Positions 12,501 to 31,500 of a stretch of 64,000 nt of DNA are shown one piece after another. The position numbers and the translations under genes were made by a program. How positions within the stretch are numbered: the first letter of the stretch is position 1; every line of letters starts with the position of its first letter. The DNA is from Klebsormidium nitens (lineage: Eukaryota; Plantae; Klebsormidiophyceae). Location of the stretch: positions 1 to 64,000 of the forward strand of contig DF237023.1 in NCBI GenBank assembly GCA_000708835.1, given 5' to 3'. Under the pieces are notes generated by a model. It did no database searches. It was given only the letters and a program-made list of their open reading frames with translations, and was not told where the DNA came from.

Positions 12501-13537
12501 AGTCTCTCTGTTTGAGAAATTCATTTCCCCAGCCTGAAAAACCCTCCATGCTTTTGCATGCAGCCGAGTAACACACTTTTGCTGGGAAGAAAACTCGTTT
12601 TCAGGACATTCCAGGAGCAGTCTTGTCAATTTGTGGGGCTAAGTACAGATGCTGTCCAAGTTGTGCTCGACCTTTTCCCTGCGCCAGCCATAGTAGGCTA
12701 CGAAACTATGTTGTCTAGATAACATGGTTGTCAGCTTTTGATATTTACTGCGCCAATATGCTCGTTTCGAAGGCAGAAGTAAGAAGACAAGGCAAGTTGA
12801 AGTGCCATTGAAAAGGGCACACAGTCTTTGAAGCGGAATATTTCGTTTCAGCAAGTGATAGATATGAGTCGTCTGACTCACACCACAATGGATTGTCAAG
12901 AGCAGAAGGCGGGCGCTTTGACAGGTCAGACTGACATCAGAAGGGTGCAAACGGATGAACAAGGATGTTCCATCTCACCAAGCAACGGCCATCTGTCTTC
13001 AACTTATCCACAGTTGCAATGAGAGCAAGCTTCCAAGATTATGCCGTTCGAGCACCCCCAGAATTTCATTTGAATTTCGGAAAGGCATTCAGATGTCCAG
13101 CGGATATTTATCAGCCTCCGATCAGCTCGCTTTTTCTCGCTTTTTCAAAAAGGCCAGTACATAGTGTGATGTTCAGGCACGGTCCTTACAAGCGGATTTC
13201 CTGAAATGCAGTCTGTTCGCCACCACTAAAGGTTGGACATTGTTCCAAAAGCTCTGAATACAGAAAGAAGGGACAGCCCGTTCACCTTCTTTGCGCACAC
13301 AAGCGCGTCGATGGCCCCTTCCTGCTGCAGTGCGGGGTCCCCTTGTGCTTGCTCTTCGAGCACCGCTCGTTCAGTTTCATCCTCCGCTGCGCTCAGTGAG
13401 AGGGTTGGCAGCTCCCACAGGTTTGAATCAATGTCGTGTGCCTGTTTGACAACAAGGACTGCGGCAGCGGAAGCGGGGCCACTCTGGATCAACAGAGCGA
13501 CCTGCCGGCCGTCGCCGTTGTCTTGGTGGCTTGTCAT
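6568..13537 (-). CDS. Metallo-beta-lactamase-fold hydrolase (LACTB2-like, land-plant metallo-hydrolase/oxidoreductase family) with Nudix-like N-terminus and C-terminal TM anchor, ~657 aa, 10 exons
   Basis: Exons 13537-13286, 12419-12272, 11840-11107, 10700-10625, 10041-9964, 9142-8983, 8358-8313, 7962-7810, 7342-7211, 6762-6568; all phases agree (1974 nt). MBL motifs: FITHHHIDH, APGHTDGH, AGDHCVG, LMHG. Family motifs recalled from plant homologues: LVVKQ..DSNLWELP, VEPDFGP, EYPPGFLLLPLRS, LLVDPG. C-terminal hydrophobic segment AVAWTLGIASVVGITAFVVV. Confidence 0.88.
8844..9011 (-). repeat. Three tandem copies (68-69 nt unit) of an exon 3' end plus donor site in the MBL gene
   Basis: Real: atgctcatcgcaggcgaccactgcgtcgg|gtaaggtcc. 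Copy 2: atgctgattgcaggtgaccactgcgtcccgg|gtaaggtcc. Copy 3: atgctgattgcaggcaattactgcgttgg|gtgac. Confidence 0.92.
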
Positions 13538-14008
13538 TTTGATACAGCTGCTGAATGAGCAATTTCAGACAGGACTCTCCGCAATGGCAGGAGCCTTCTC
13601 ATACTCATCTGCTGTCTCCAATTCTCGTGCTGGCCGCCATATGCGTAGTGGTGCAGCATTGCAGCATTCAAAGTGACACGAGATGACACGTTGCAGTCTC
13701 CGAGTGTGATCGATCGGGGTAGCTCGCGAGCCGCGCGCGCAATCTGATCCAAGATGATGCCGCCCGCGGCCACGGCGGCCGGGGCCGGATTCATGCAGGT
13801 TGAGTTTATACAAAAGAAACCTTGAACCCCTGCAAGCCGCTCATGGCCGCGGCGGCCACTTCCCGCCCACTGAGGCGGCCCGCGGCCGCATTCGCGTATA
13901 CCTACAGCATGTTTCTCAGTACTTTACATGCAGTGCAGTGCTAAGTTCAATCTTGTATAGTGCCAGACGTCGACCTGTCAAACGCAGTCTTCCTTTTGAG
14001 GTTTCAAC

Positions 14009-15028
14009 ATGGCGGCGCCTCTGTTTTGCAGCTTCGTGCTGATGCTCGTGTTCATATTAGCTGGCGCCCGCGCAGCGAGTGCAAGCTGCGGCGCCTCAGA
14101 GAAGATTTTGGAGGGCACTGTACGGACTGACAACGCGGGTGTTCAAACAGAGCCCCTCATGGATAGCTTCATACTGCCTGAGCCTGCGCTTGTCAATGAC
14201 TTTCTGCGGAATCACAGTACATTCAAGAACCCGCTCCTGCCGTCCAGTCCTCCGCTTCAGCTCATCAAGTGCGAGGTGTATCTTGCTCTTCTCGGGAGAG
14301 AGGGTTTGTTCAACTTTTATGCTGCGGAGCATTCGGGGGGCTGTCGAGTGCCACCTCCTGTGCTGCCACTACCGGAGAGTAGCTACTCCGCCTACGGAAA
14401 GTTTTGGTTTGTTCAGCTGCGACGTTCTCTAACTTCCTGGCGCGTTCTGCTCATCATTGCGGCGACTCATGGAGTAATACACCTCCTGTCGTACCCCTAC
14501 TACGATACGGTTGGCAGTTCAGGAAAGAAGTCCCGCAACGGCGAGAATGGGACACAGAGCAGGCAAGCAAAGAGGCTCAATGACGATGACAAGCAAGCCA
14601 TCCTTATCGCCAGCATATTGTTTGGTCTCCTGCTTGCTTTCGTTGTGTGGATACAGGCTCTCGTCCCTCAACCCCTCCAGCTGCCAGATCCATCCATCAG
14701 TATCAATCCTTTCCTCCATGTTTCGAGCAACACATCATTGAGCCTTCACCGCTGCACGGTGCCTTGGCCAGGCATATCAAGCGAACATTTCCTCTTCGAT
14801 TTCTACATCGGGCTGCCCAGCACCATGTGCGACCGCATCCTTGCAACGCAGGTCATCTATCCAGACTACGTTACCAAAGGGCCACCCAATCTCGTAGGGA
14901 CGCACATTTTGGTCTGCTCGAAAAGGTGGGTTTTGACGACGGCGACGCTTGTCAACATAGGCATGTTCTTCCTCAACGTGCCTCGTCTCCTTCGTCCTGT
15001 CTTTCTGTACTGGTCGAATAGGACCTAG
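14009..15028 (+). CDS. Intronless hypothetical membrane protein, 339 aa, with signal peptide and ~3 TM segments
   Basis: Single ATG-to-TAG ORF. N-terminal MAAPLFCSFVLMLVFILAGARA; hydrophobic segments WRVLLIIAATHGVIHLL, AILIASILFGLLLAFVVWIQALV, WVLTTATLVNIGMFFLNV. No family recognised. Confidence 0.62.
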   Translation: MAAPLFCSFVLMLVFILAGARAASASCGASEKILEGTVRTDNAGVQTEPLMDSFILPEPALVNDFLRNHSTFKNPLLPSSPPLQLIKCEVYLALLGREGLFNFYAAEHSGGCRVPPPVLPLPESSYSAYGKFWFVQLRRSLTSWRVLLIIAATHGVIHLLSYPYYDTVGSSGKKSRNGENGTQSRQAKRLNDDDKQAILIASILFGLLLAFVVWIQALVPQPLQLPDPSISINPFLHVSSNTSLSLHRCTVPWPGISSEHFLFDFYIGLPSTMCDRILATQVIYPDYVTKGPPNLVGTHILVCSKRWVLTTATLVNIGMFFLNVPRLLRPVFLYWSNRT

Positions 15029-16253
15029 CGCTCATGGTCAAGAGAGAACCACGCGGCTTGTCTATTCTGCAGTGTAGTGCACTAGGTGAGGCGGTGCTCC
15101 CCTGATAGAACTGAAGCGAATGGATCCGAAACTAGTGAGCATGGACCACGTACTAGTAGTCGGTTCAGAAGATTGGTAGTATCAACTTAGGTCTCACGAT
15201 CATAACGTACTCTTCGAAAGCTGTAGGATTGCTAATTGGCACGTTCTATGTAACGGCGGCTTTAACTGCAAGTTAAGTTCTTACTTTCCGAATGTCCGAC
15301 TAATAATCCCGACGTCTGGCAGGAGATTCTCCCACATGTAGGCTCCCGTCCTGAATATGCATAATTGTGACGACGAAGCTGACGATGTCGGACGGGCCGT
15401 GCCATGGTGCGCGTCGCGTCTGGCCCGCCGGCATGCATGAAAGGCTTCAGGCTCGACTCGCATTAATGTTCGTTCATCTGGCACATCATGCAGTGTTCAC
15501 ATCTCACTCAGATGCAAAATATGAGACTCGTGCCAGTGTGCAACCATGACTAGACTCGACAACTCATACAAGTGACCGCTTCCGTCGCATGCATGCATAT
15601 ACAGCGTACTATGCTTTTTGAGAAAATTAAGTTATCTTTGGTTATGTGTGTGCTATGAACGGATAAGCATGCGTCGAGTGTCGCCGCGTATGAATATATA
15701 GCGGGTACGTACCGAGATATTAGTATGCGGGCCCATGGCTGGCTGATCTTGAGCCTGACTGTGTACACGCGCGCGCGTTAGCAACGCCGGCCGGGTCCTT
15801 TTCGATCTTCATCATCTATGTATGATCGAGTTGGGTTAGAGGCATTCATCTAGTCATTGCACGCATGCTTGCCCCGAGGGATGCGTTGAGTCAGCCCGTT
15901 CATTATACAAGTTTATTAGGGGCCAAACTGTTTCAGAGTTTCTCTTATTTTGGCATGCTTCCCGTAGTTAAATGTGCAACTGATCCCCAATTCCAAGGGC
16001 ATTGGAAAGTGGTTTTTGAAAAGGGCATGTTGTGCCACCTGATGCTTGTAATTTTCCTGTGGTAAATGAAGTCTGGCAGAAGGGCGTTTGATTTCTGCGG
16101 AGTGCGCTGGCCTCTCGCCACGGTTACAGAAGCAAAGCTTGACAGTAAGTTCTCATACTTCAAGATCTCTAACACTGTCGATTCTCGCCACTCGTTGCTG
16201 CAAACAATTCGTACTTGCTAGCCAAAAGTATCAAAAAACTTTGCTTAATGCTC

Positions 16254-23963
<7,710 letters not shown>

Positions 23964-24593
23964 CTTCTCCAATGCTGTAATGCATTGAGCAGCCCTATCG
24001 CTGCTCCTCGCTGCCGTGTGATGCTTGGTGGTGTTAAGGAGGCGCAGCGCCCGGTACTTGCAATCACCCCTGTCCTTTGATTTACTGTAAAAACCAAGCT
24101 ATGACCGCACAATACAACAGCATTGAAGACTCAAGACCCCCTGGCCCCTAGATTTTAAACCGGCAGGCTGTAATCTTACCACAGGGCAACGTAGCGTAGC
24201 AATCCACTGCTGCCACAGCACCTTCAATCTTAGCTGGTCGCCCTCAAGCCAGCTCAAGCTGAGGGCTGAAAGGTCGCCAAAACACTTTTCGGACTTCTTG
24301 ACTCGGACTTCGGATCGAGAGCCAACAGTGCCAACCGTCCGATATCGATGCTAACCTTGAAAGGGACTGCAGTCGGGGTAGAGATTGCAAGGCAGAATAT
24401 GCAGAATGAGGCATACCGGGATGGAAAGTGGGTGGTTCTCATGTGGAGTCTTGCCCCGGTTCAAACACTCCGGGAGAGCTCTACTACAGTAGCCCCCGGT
24501 CTTTAGATCCTTGGGCAACATAAACTTGTAACTGACATCGGAACCCGGTTGAGTTTTCTCTGAGTCATGCGGACATGTAGAGTTGCGGATGAC

Positions 24594-24601
24594 TTTCCCG
24601 C
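24594..24601 (+). promoter_or_regulatory. Canonical E2F site TTTCCCGC upstream of MCM8
   Basis: Exact TTTSSCGC match ~630 nt upstream of the MCM8 ATG, with a site II-like GGCCCA near 24737. MCM genes are established E2F targets in plants; function of this site is inference. Confidence 0.4.
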
Positions 24602-25504
24602 TGCGGGATACAAAAATTCGGGCGAATAAGGTTCCGACTGCAGCACCATGTGGTCGCCGCTCAGCTCAGTATCGTGTCGCCGAGCAAAACGCTTGGCGTA
24701 CTACGGGCCGTTTTAAACCCCCACGGGCCCGCGAGGGCCCATCGTCGCGGCGCAACTGGATTCCCTGCAATGCAGATTTTAATTTCCAGAATTTCGTCTA
24801 TACGACAGGTTTGATTTTTCAAAAGATCAGCAAGCAGTGATCAGAGAGTCCTCTTCAAAGGCACCGAGCTGTAAGATGCTGTTTTCAGTGAGTGCGAAGA
24901 GGATCACCGCCAAAGTACATTATGTTCTGACGTCGTTCTGATCAGCCACCCATGTCACACGTATTACACGTCACGAACCTTCAGTCACCTCTGCCATGAT
25001 ATAGTGTTCTAAAAGCATGGCAACTTTACTTCGACCGGGCAGGCTTTGGGACAGAGTATTGGACCATGAAGCATAACGCGAGCTATATGTACACAAGACT
25101 TCGAGTCTATAAAAGAACTTCAGGCCGCTCTGATCTGACCTCTGCCCTCGAGTGAGAACTCAGGCGAACTTACAGGCTGAAGGGATTAGGAATGAAAGAG
25201 CCACACGAAATTGCTAGCCAGCACTGGTTCGGCTTCCTTTCGGCTGGCTGCCGGTGGAAACAAGAGAAGAGGTTGGAGGACGCATACAAAGCCGCGCCAC
25301 CTCGACATTTGCGGGTGCTGTTCGTAGAAGCATGGTGCGTTCGGAGATAGACCGCTGATCCAATGAATTGAACGCTCGAACTTGAAATCTAGCGGCTCCG
25401 ACACCTACCCAACAAGAACACAGATTTGTAACTCTACAATGGCAACTATTGGCAGCTTATTGGCTGACTTTATCAGTCCTTCTATATCCTGACTCGTGCT
25501 CACT

Positions 25505-28500
25505 TTACAGGTTCGTTTGGGTCAGCAGCGCCACCCCCTGGCGCACCCAGAACTCGGGGGTCGTCTCCCGGTCTATCCTCAGACTAACATTAAATATATA
25601 GTTTGACGACGCCCCTGTTGTGGTCAGCACTCCCGCCCGCACGCTCGTCTTGTACAGCGGGCACTGGTACTCCTCCTCGGGGGGCTTGTAGTTAACGGTC
25701 GGGATGAGGTGCACGACTGGCAACTTAGACTGCATCTCGCCCGGTAGAGACTCTACCAGGCACTGCTTCTCTCGGTCCCACCTGTGAAGAGAGCGGTGGG
25801 TGAGAAGAGCTCCAAGTAGTCTCGTGTCAAACTGAGTTTCTTCATAATTGTTAGATGCTCGATGATTGCAGGCGCCAGCGAGAGAGCTACGCCTCTTAGT
25901 ACACCGGTCACAGACGGTGCTGCGGTGTCTGAGAGTGGCGCCGTAGACAGTCACCAGACCAAAAGTCTATGCATTCACAGCAGAATGTTCGACTCGCCCA
26001 ACTTGTCGAAACATTTCGTAAAGAACTGCATTTGATGGTTTCAAACCGTTTCGCTTCATCAAGATCTGATTTGTCAACAAAATGCAGCACCTTCCAGCCT
26101 TCGATTATCCTTAATCGTATTTGCTGCTCCTCCCCTTGCAGAAGTCAAAAATCTTTGCAGAAGTCAAAATACACTGGATACAACTAAAGACAAATCCGTT
26201 TCTTACCTGGCTCCGTCAATGTACAGTCCGCTGACGTACAGCCCGTCGTCGGGCGGAGCCGGAACGGCTTCCGCGTCTTCGAAGGGCATCACCTTGAAGC
26301 CGAAGTTGAGCGTGTCGATGGGGATCTGGTACTTGCGCGCGTGGTTTTGCAGCGCGCCTGCATACAAGCAGACGGAAGATTCAGCTACGGCATGGACTGT
26401 ATGTCACTTTGTTGTTGGAATCGTCCAGATGCGAAGTTGCATGCGTGAAATCCGTTCTTATAACTGCTAGAAAATTATGCCCTTCGGAGCCATAGGTCTG
26501 CTGGAGAAATAACAAGGACGGGCACGAGCAGTAGTGAGGACCAGAAGCCGGAATTGAAGGAACGGAACCGGAGGGAAAACTTGCGCGCAGTCTCATTCAT
26601 TGAAACCTGCAGTCATTTGATCTAGCGATGCCACCGATGGCGCTTCGTGAAAGTGTTGACAAGAAAACCAGGGAATAGATTCCTAATGTGGCTGTGTGAT
26701 TATGGAGAGGGACCGCGCGGCAGTGATGAAGCATATGCGTTTGAAGCTGCTCGCCTATGAAAGAGAGTACTTTCGCTCCTCCTTCAAGACTCTGCAAAGC
26801 TCTCGTCGTAAGAACAAGCGAGGTGTGATATGAAATTGATGCAATCGAAAGTAGAAGCTGAAAACAGCAGAAACCTCGCGCGGAAAAGATGGTGGAAGTA
26901 CGAACGACACGGTGACTCGCTCACCGGTCATGAATCCTTGCGGGAAGAAGAATCCGGGCAGCCAGAAGCACTGTGGCTCGCCGTTGATCATCCACTCGCG
27001 CATGAACGCCATCCGCTGCTGGAAGTCCTTGACCCAGCTGGCCAGGGGTTTAAGCGACGGGTACGCGGCCGAAGTCCAGACCGCGGGCACCTGGTTGTTC
27101 AAGAAACTCCGGTACATCGCCTCTAGTTCCGCTGACATCACCACGAGACCCTTGATCGCGCGCTGCAGCTCCGCGAGCGAGTTAACCATAACCCGCAGCA
27201 GTTTGTTGAACCGCTCGCTCTCTTGGAGGAGAACCACGGCGAGGGAGTTGAGTCGGCCTCCGGGACCCGGGGCAAACGTACCGGGCCCGGCCTCGGCTTT
27301 GCTCAACGGGGCGGGGAGCCCCTCGGCGATCTCCAGCGCGAGGTCGCTGACGACCTCGTCCGGCGACTTTCCGGTTCCGGTTCCGCTGACCAGCCGCGGC
27401 TGCATGTTGAGCACCGTCTCCACGATCTTGCCCGTCTCTTGCAGCTGGAACGTGATGTTGGCATTTTCGTGCATCCCGAAGACTGCCGGCCCCTCGGTTA
27501 GCGGTAACCGCTTGATAAACTCCATGTAGCCGTTCTGGTCGGTCTCCGGCGGGACGCGGTACGTACCGTCCCGCGTGAAAGTGTAGGCGTCGTCGAGTAC
27601 CTTGGGCGTGTAGTACTGCTGGAGGATGCACATGAGGCACCGCCGGTCCTGGTCGTCGGTAACGCGCCCCCCGTAAGTGATCTCGCCCGTTACGTACAAA
27701 AGCGCCGGCCAGGGGATCTCCGGCTGCTCCTCCAGGAAGTTCTTGAGGGTTTGCAGTGCGCACTCCAAGTCGCTGTTGTTGAAGTCGTACCTGAAAAGAG
27801 GTTTCGGGCCAAGAAGAGTCAGAGAAGGTGGCGAGAAAGAAGTACGATCCTGATGGTTAACAGTAGCATAGAAAGTTCGTAGCCAGCTGACATGCGGCTG
27901 GATTTGAAGACGAGAAGACGTTGATTCCTCTAATGATGCTTGGAATGCTCAAGCAAGTCGTTGGAGGGTTTCTTGATCAGTGTTTCTTTGATCTGCTGAT
28001 GAGGCTTGTCGGACTCCGAAAGGCCCAGTCATTCCTGGCTTACGAACGGAGTGATCGATTCTTACTGGAGCGCCCGCTAAACCTTGAGAAGCATTAAGGT
28101 CTTGCGGAAAGCGACTAGAAACCCTCTAGAGGTTCCCATCTGACGTTCCAATCGAGCGGCCTTGGTGACGGCGTAGAATAGGAAGACGCAAAGGCGAGAA
28201 AACCTTTTAAGTTTCCTCTTCAAGCACTACGGCATGAAGGACCTCTAGAGCTTCCGCCCACCTGACGTTCCAGCCGAGCGGCCCGAACTTGCGCCGCTCC
28301 TGGATGACGGCGTGGAAGAAGGCGACGCTGAAGATGAGCTTCTTCCACGCGGCGCGCTTGGAGCACTCGTCCAGGTACGCGTCGCCCAGAGTTGCGTAGC
28401 TGCGCAGCAGGTTCGCGCGCACGCCCTTGGGCGGCTCGTTCGTGATCTTGATGCCGTTCTGAGGAGGAACGGAGGGAACACAATTATAAGACGAGGCTTC

Positions 28501-31500
28501 TTATCGGTTCGTTGGCTATTCCTGTGTTTGATCAAACCATCTTAGACGCCGGCTCGTTCGTGATCTTGATGCCGTTCTGTAAAAAAAGCTGGTGAAAGCT
28601 GTTTCTCTTTGTTCTACTTGAGAGGCCTGTGATCGAATTTCCGTCTCCTGTTCGAGCAGAGTGTTTCGTGATTTCCCCTTCTGTCGAGCGCGCAAGCTGA
28701 GCAAGAAGGAAGTCGGAAGCACGGAAGGAAGAGAGGTCGAATGACTCCGTTTGCGGCATTTCGAATGGCTTCCAGAAAAATGTCCGATGTAGACGCAGAT
28801 AAGTGTAGGCTCAGCAGGATCAGGATAAGTGCTGGAAAGACGTGAGGTCGCCCTTGAGGATCTATTGTGCTGCCACATCAGTCAATCACATAAAGGAAAA
28901 ACTTCAACGATATTACAGATAACTCTGATGAAGGATGAACGCCAATGACCTTCCCCGCCTAGGCGTGCCTTGACCAAACCCAACCGGGTCAGGCCGCTAA
29001 CCGGTAGGACGGGTATCGGGACGTCTTAGGCTAGCAACGGCATGCTGATCAATTGTGAACGCTTGCCACGTTACAAAGCAACCGGAAACGAAACCAGGTT
29101 ATCGCACTAACCTGCAGGACCGGCACCGGGAAGTGCGGCGACGGCATGCTGGTCAGCCATAACCGGAAGTCGGGGTGCATCTCCGCGCTGTCCTGCTGGA
29201 AGCGTTCCACGATCCCGGCCAACGTCAGCATCCAGGAGCTTGCCAGGTGGCAGTTCTGGAGGCACACCCAGTCGCCGGATTTCATGGCCTTGGTGATCAG
29301 CGCTTTCGCCACGGGGCCCTGGCCCTGGCCCAGCGAGATGATGTGAAGCCGCTCGCCCACGCGGCGGTCGACCTGCGGGTTACGGAAAGCGGGTTACGGC
29401 AAACCGTTGACTTCGCGAGCGGTTAAGGCAATATGGTTAGGAGAATCGTTGACCCCGCAAACGAGCGGAGGCGACGTACTCCGTCTCTTTCGGGACGAGT
29501 TGATTGAGTGTCCTAATAGCAAAGCGGCAGAGACAATGATATAAATGTCGAATCCTGTTTCCGGATTGGTGAGTTTTGGTAGGTCTTCGCGCAACTTGCG
29601 AAGCCCTACTGGAGGTCTCGACCTTTTACCCCATCGGTCTGCGGACATTGAACTGCGCTTCAGTGTCCGGGTGATTGATCAAAGCCAGCGTAGCTTGTCG
29701 TCCAAGCTATTGAGAACGTTGTTTGAAGGGACGCGCCACGAAGGTCGATCGGGTGATTCGAAGTAGCCAGTTAGCCAGGGAGAAAATGTTCGTTTCTCAA
29801 GGCATAGGTCAACAACTTATGTAACCGTTTGACTCGCCAAGAGAAAAATGAAAATGTTTTTGCGAAATTAGGACGACTCCTCACCTTCTCTCCGAACCGT
29901 TGGAGCATCCCCGTCGGGTCCGCCCCCGACGACAGTATGAAAATGATCGGCGTCGGTGCTGACGTGTCCTTGAACACCGTCTCCAGGTCCAGCGGCGCGC
30001 TCTCCACAAACTGCGCGCCCAGTTTGTCGCGCACAAAATCGCGGAACGCAAACACGAGCTTCTCCTCCCGGAAGACGCGCACTAGGAGAAGTTTTTGGAA
30101 CGCGTCGACGCCGCGCGCGGCCGCGGCCGCGGGGAGCGGCGCGGCGTGAGGTTCCGGCGCGGCCGCGAAGGCGCGCCACTCGGGGAGCTGCGCGGCGATG
30201 TCCTGGCACAGCGGCTCGAATACGGGGACAGCCTGTGGGGATGAAAGTGAATAAATCTATGCAATGTTTGGGAATTGAAAAGTGTTATCTCGCTGATAAA
30301 TGTTGCCGGTCCAGAAACACACAGAGACCCCCAGAAACACACACAGTACCCCCAGAAGTCTCTGCTTCTTTGTTCCCACTAGACGGTTGGCCTGTAAGAA
30401 GCACATTCTCTGATTTTTCACCGTTGCTGGAGTCAAGAAGGCTATAGAGCGCCATGTAGTCGCCAGCAGGGTGGGCTCAAAACCAGTCTGCCAGAGCGAA
30501 TCAATTTTGAAAGTATAGTAAAATTTGAAGCGCTTGATGCAATTCGAAGAAAGGGTGGAAGGCGGCCCCTACCTGCGACAGCGCCCTGACGTTGTTCCAC
30601 ACGTGCGGCCCGATCCACTCCGGCGCCGGGTTGGCCGCGCCCTTGTCCGCAAGGATCATTCCGGCGGAGCCGCGCAGCAGGAAGTTCCATTCCGCCGCGC
30701 CGATCTCGCCGGAATTCCGCAGGATGGACGTGCAGATGAGGAAGCTGAAGATCATCTTGTGCTCCTCGAACAGGCCCCGGCTCACGTTCTTGTACATGAA
30801 CTCGGTTATGTACCGGGTTAGCGTGCCTAACCGGGTCGGCAGGTCGTCCGACTTTTCGCTGACGTCAATGCAGTAGTTGAACAGCTGCGTGAAGTACGTC
30901 AGGCTGTACTGGTACATCGAGTCGATGAGCGCCAGGTCCGCGACCACGAAGTACAGGATGCTGCCACGTGTCGCCACGGGGCGGTACTGCTCGCGCGCGG
31001 CGTTGATCTCCTTCTCCGTCACCTCGGCCTCCTTGACCCGCCCCTGGATAACCCCGCTGGTTAACTTGCTCGTCTTCAGGGTGTTAATCAGCACCTCGTC
31101 GTCCAATATATTCCCCTCGCTCTCTTTCAGCAGCTTCAATACCTTATCCTCCAAGTCTTGCAACTGCTTCTTATCGTTACTGATGCTGACGAGGAGTCGA
31201 TCTTTCTGCTCCTCCAGATCGGACCGCTCCTTTCGCACCACGTCGCCCAGAAGCTGGTCTTCCAAACCCTTGGCGGTAACCGTGAAGTTAACGATGGTGA
31301 CCTTGATGCAGACGTCCGGCATGTAGTGCGGGTTAGGCATCTTGGTCGTCATGTAGAACCGGAAGTTGGGATCGTAGTCTACGTCGGAGTCGCCCAGCCT
31401 GAACGGAAACGGAACGCCGGAAGCTGTCAGCGGTAAGTAAACAAAGGCCCCTGGCTTCCGCTACAATTCTCTGGAAACTCTTTCCTTTCTCCATCATTCC

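Noticed and set aside
13858-13868. E2F-like CTTCCCGCC in the MBL/orphan promoter
   Set aside because: Imperfect match in very GC-rich sequence, and neither flanking gene is an obvious cell-cycle gene.
16119-16130. TGTAA poly(A)-signal-like motifs downstream of several stops (MCM8 ~16125, orphan ~15248, dynein ~25170)
   Set aside because: The motif is short and not found consistently for all genes, and its use as a signal is established for chlorophytes rather than for this inferred lineage.
26575-26615. Possible old echoes at ~26578-26612, ~31610-31625, ~37372-37395 and ~49575-49625
   Set aside because: Matches are too short or gapped to separate from chance by eye, so they are not counted among the 17.
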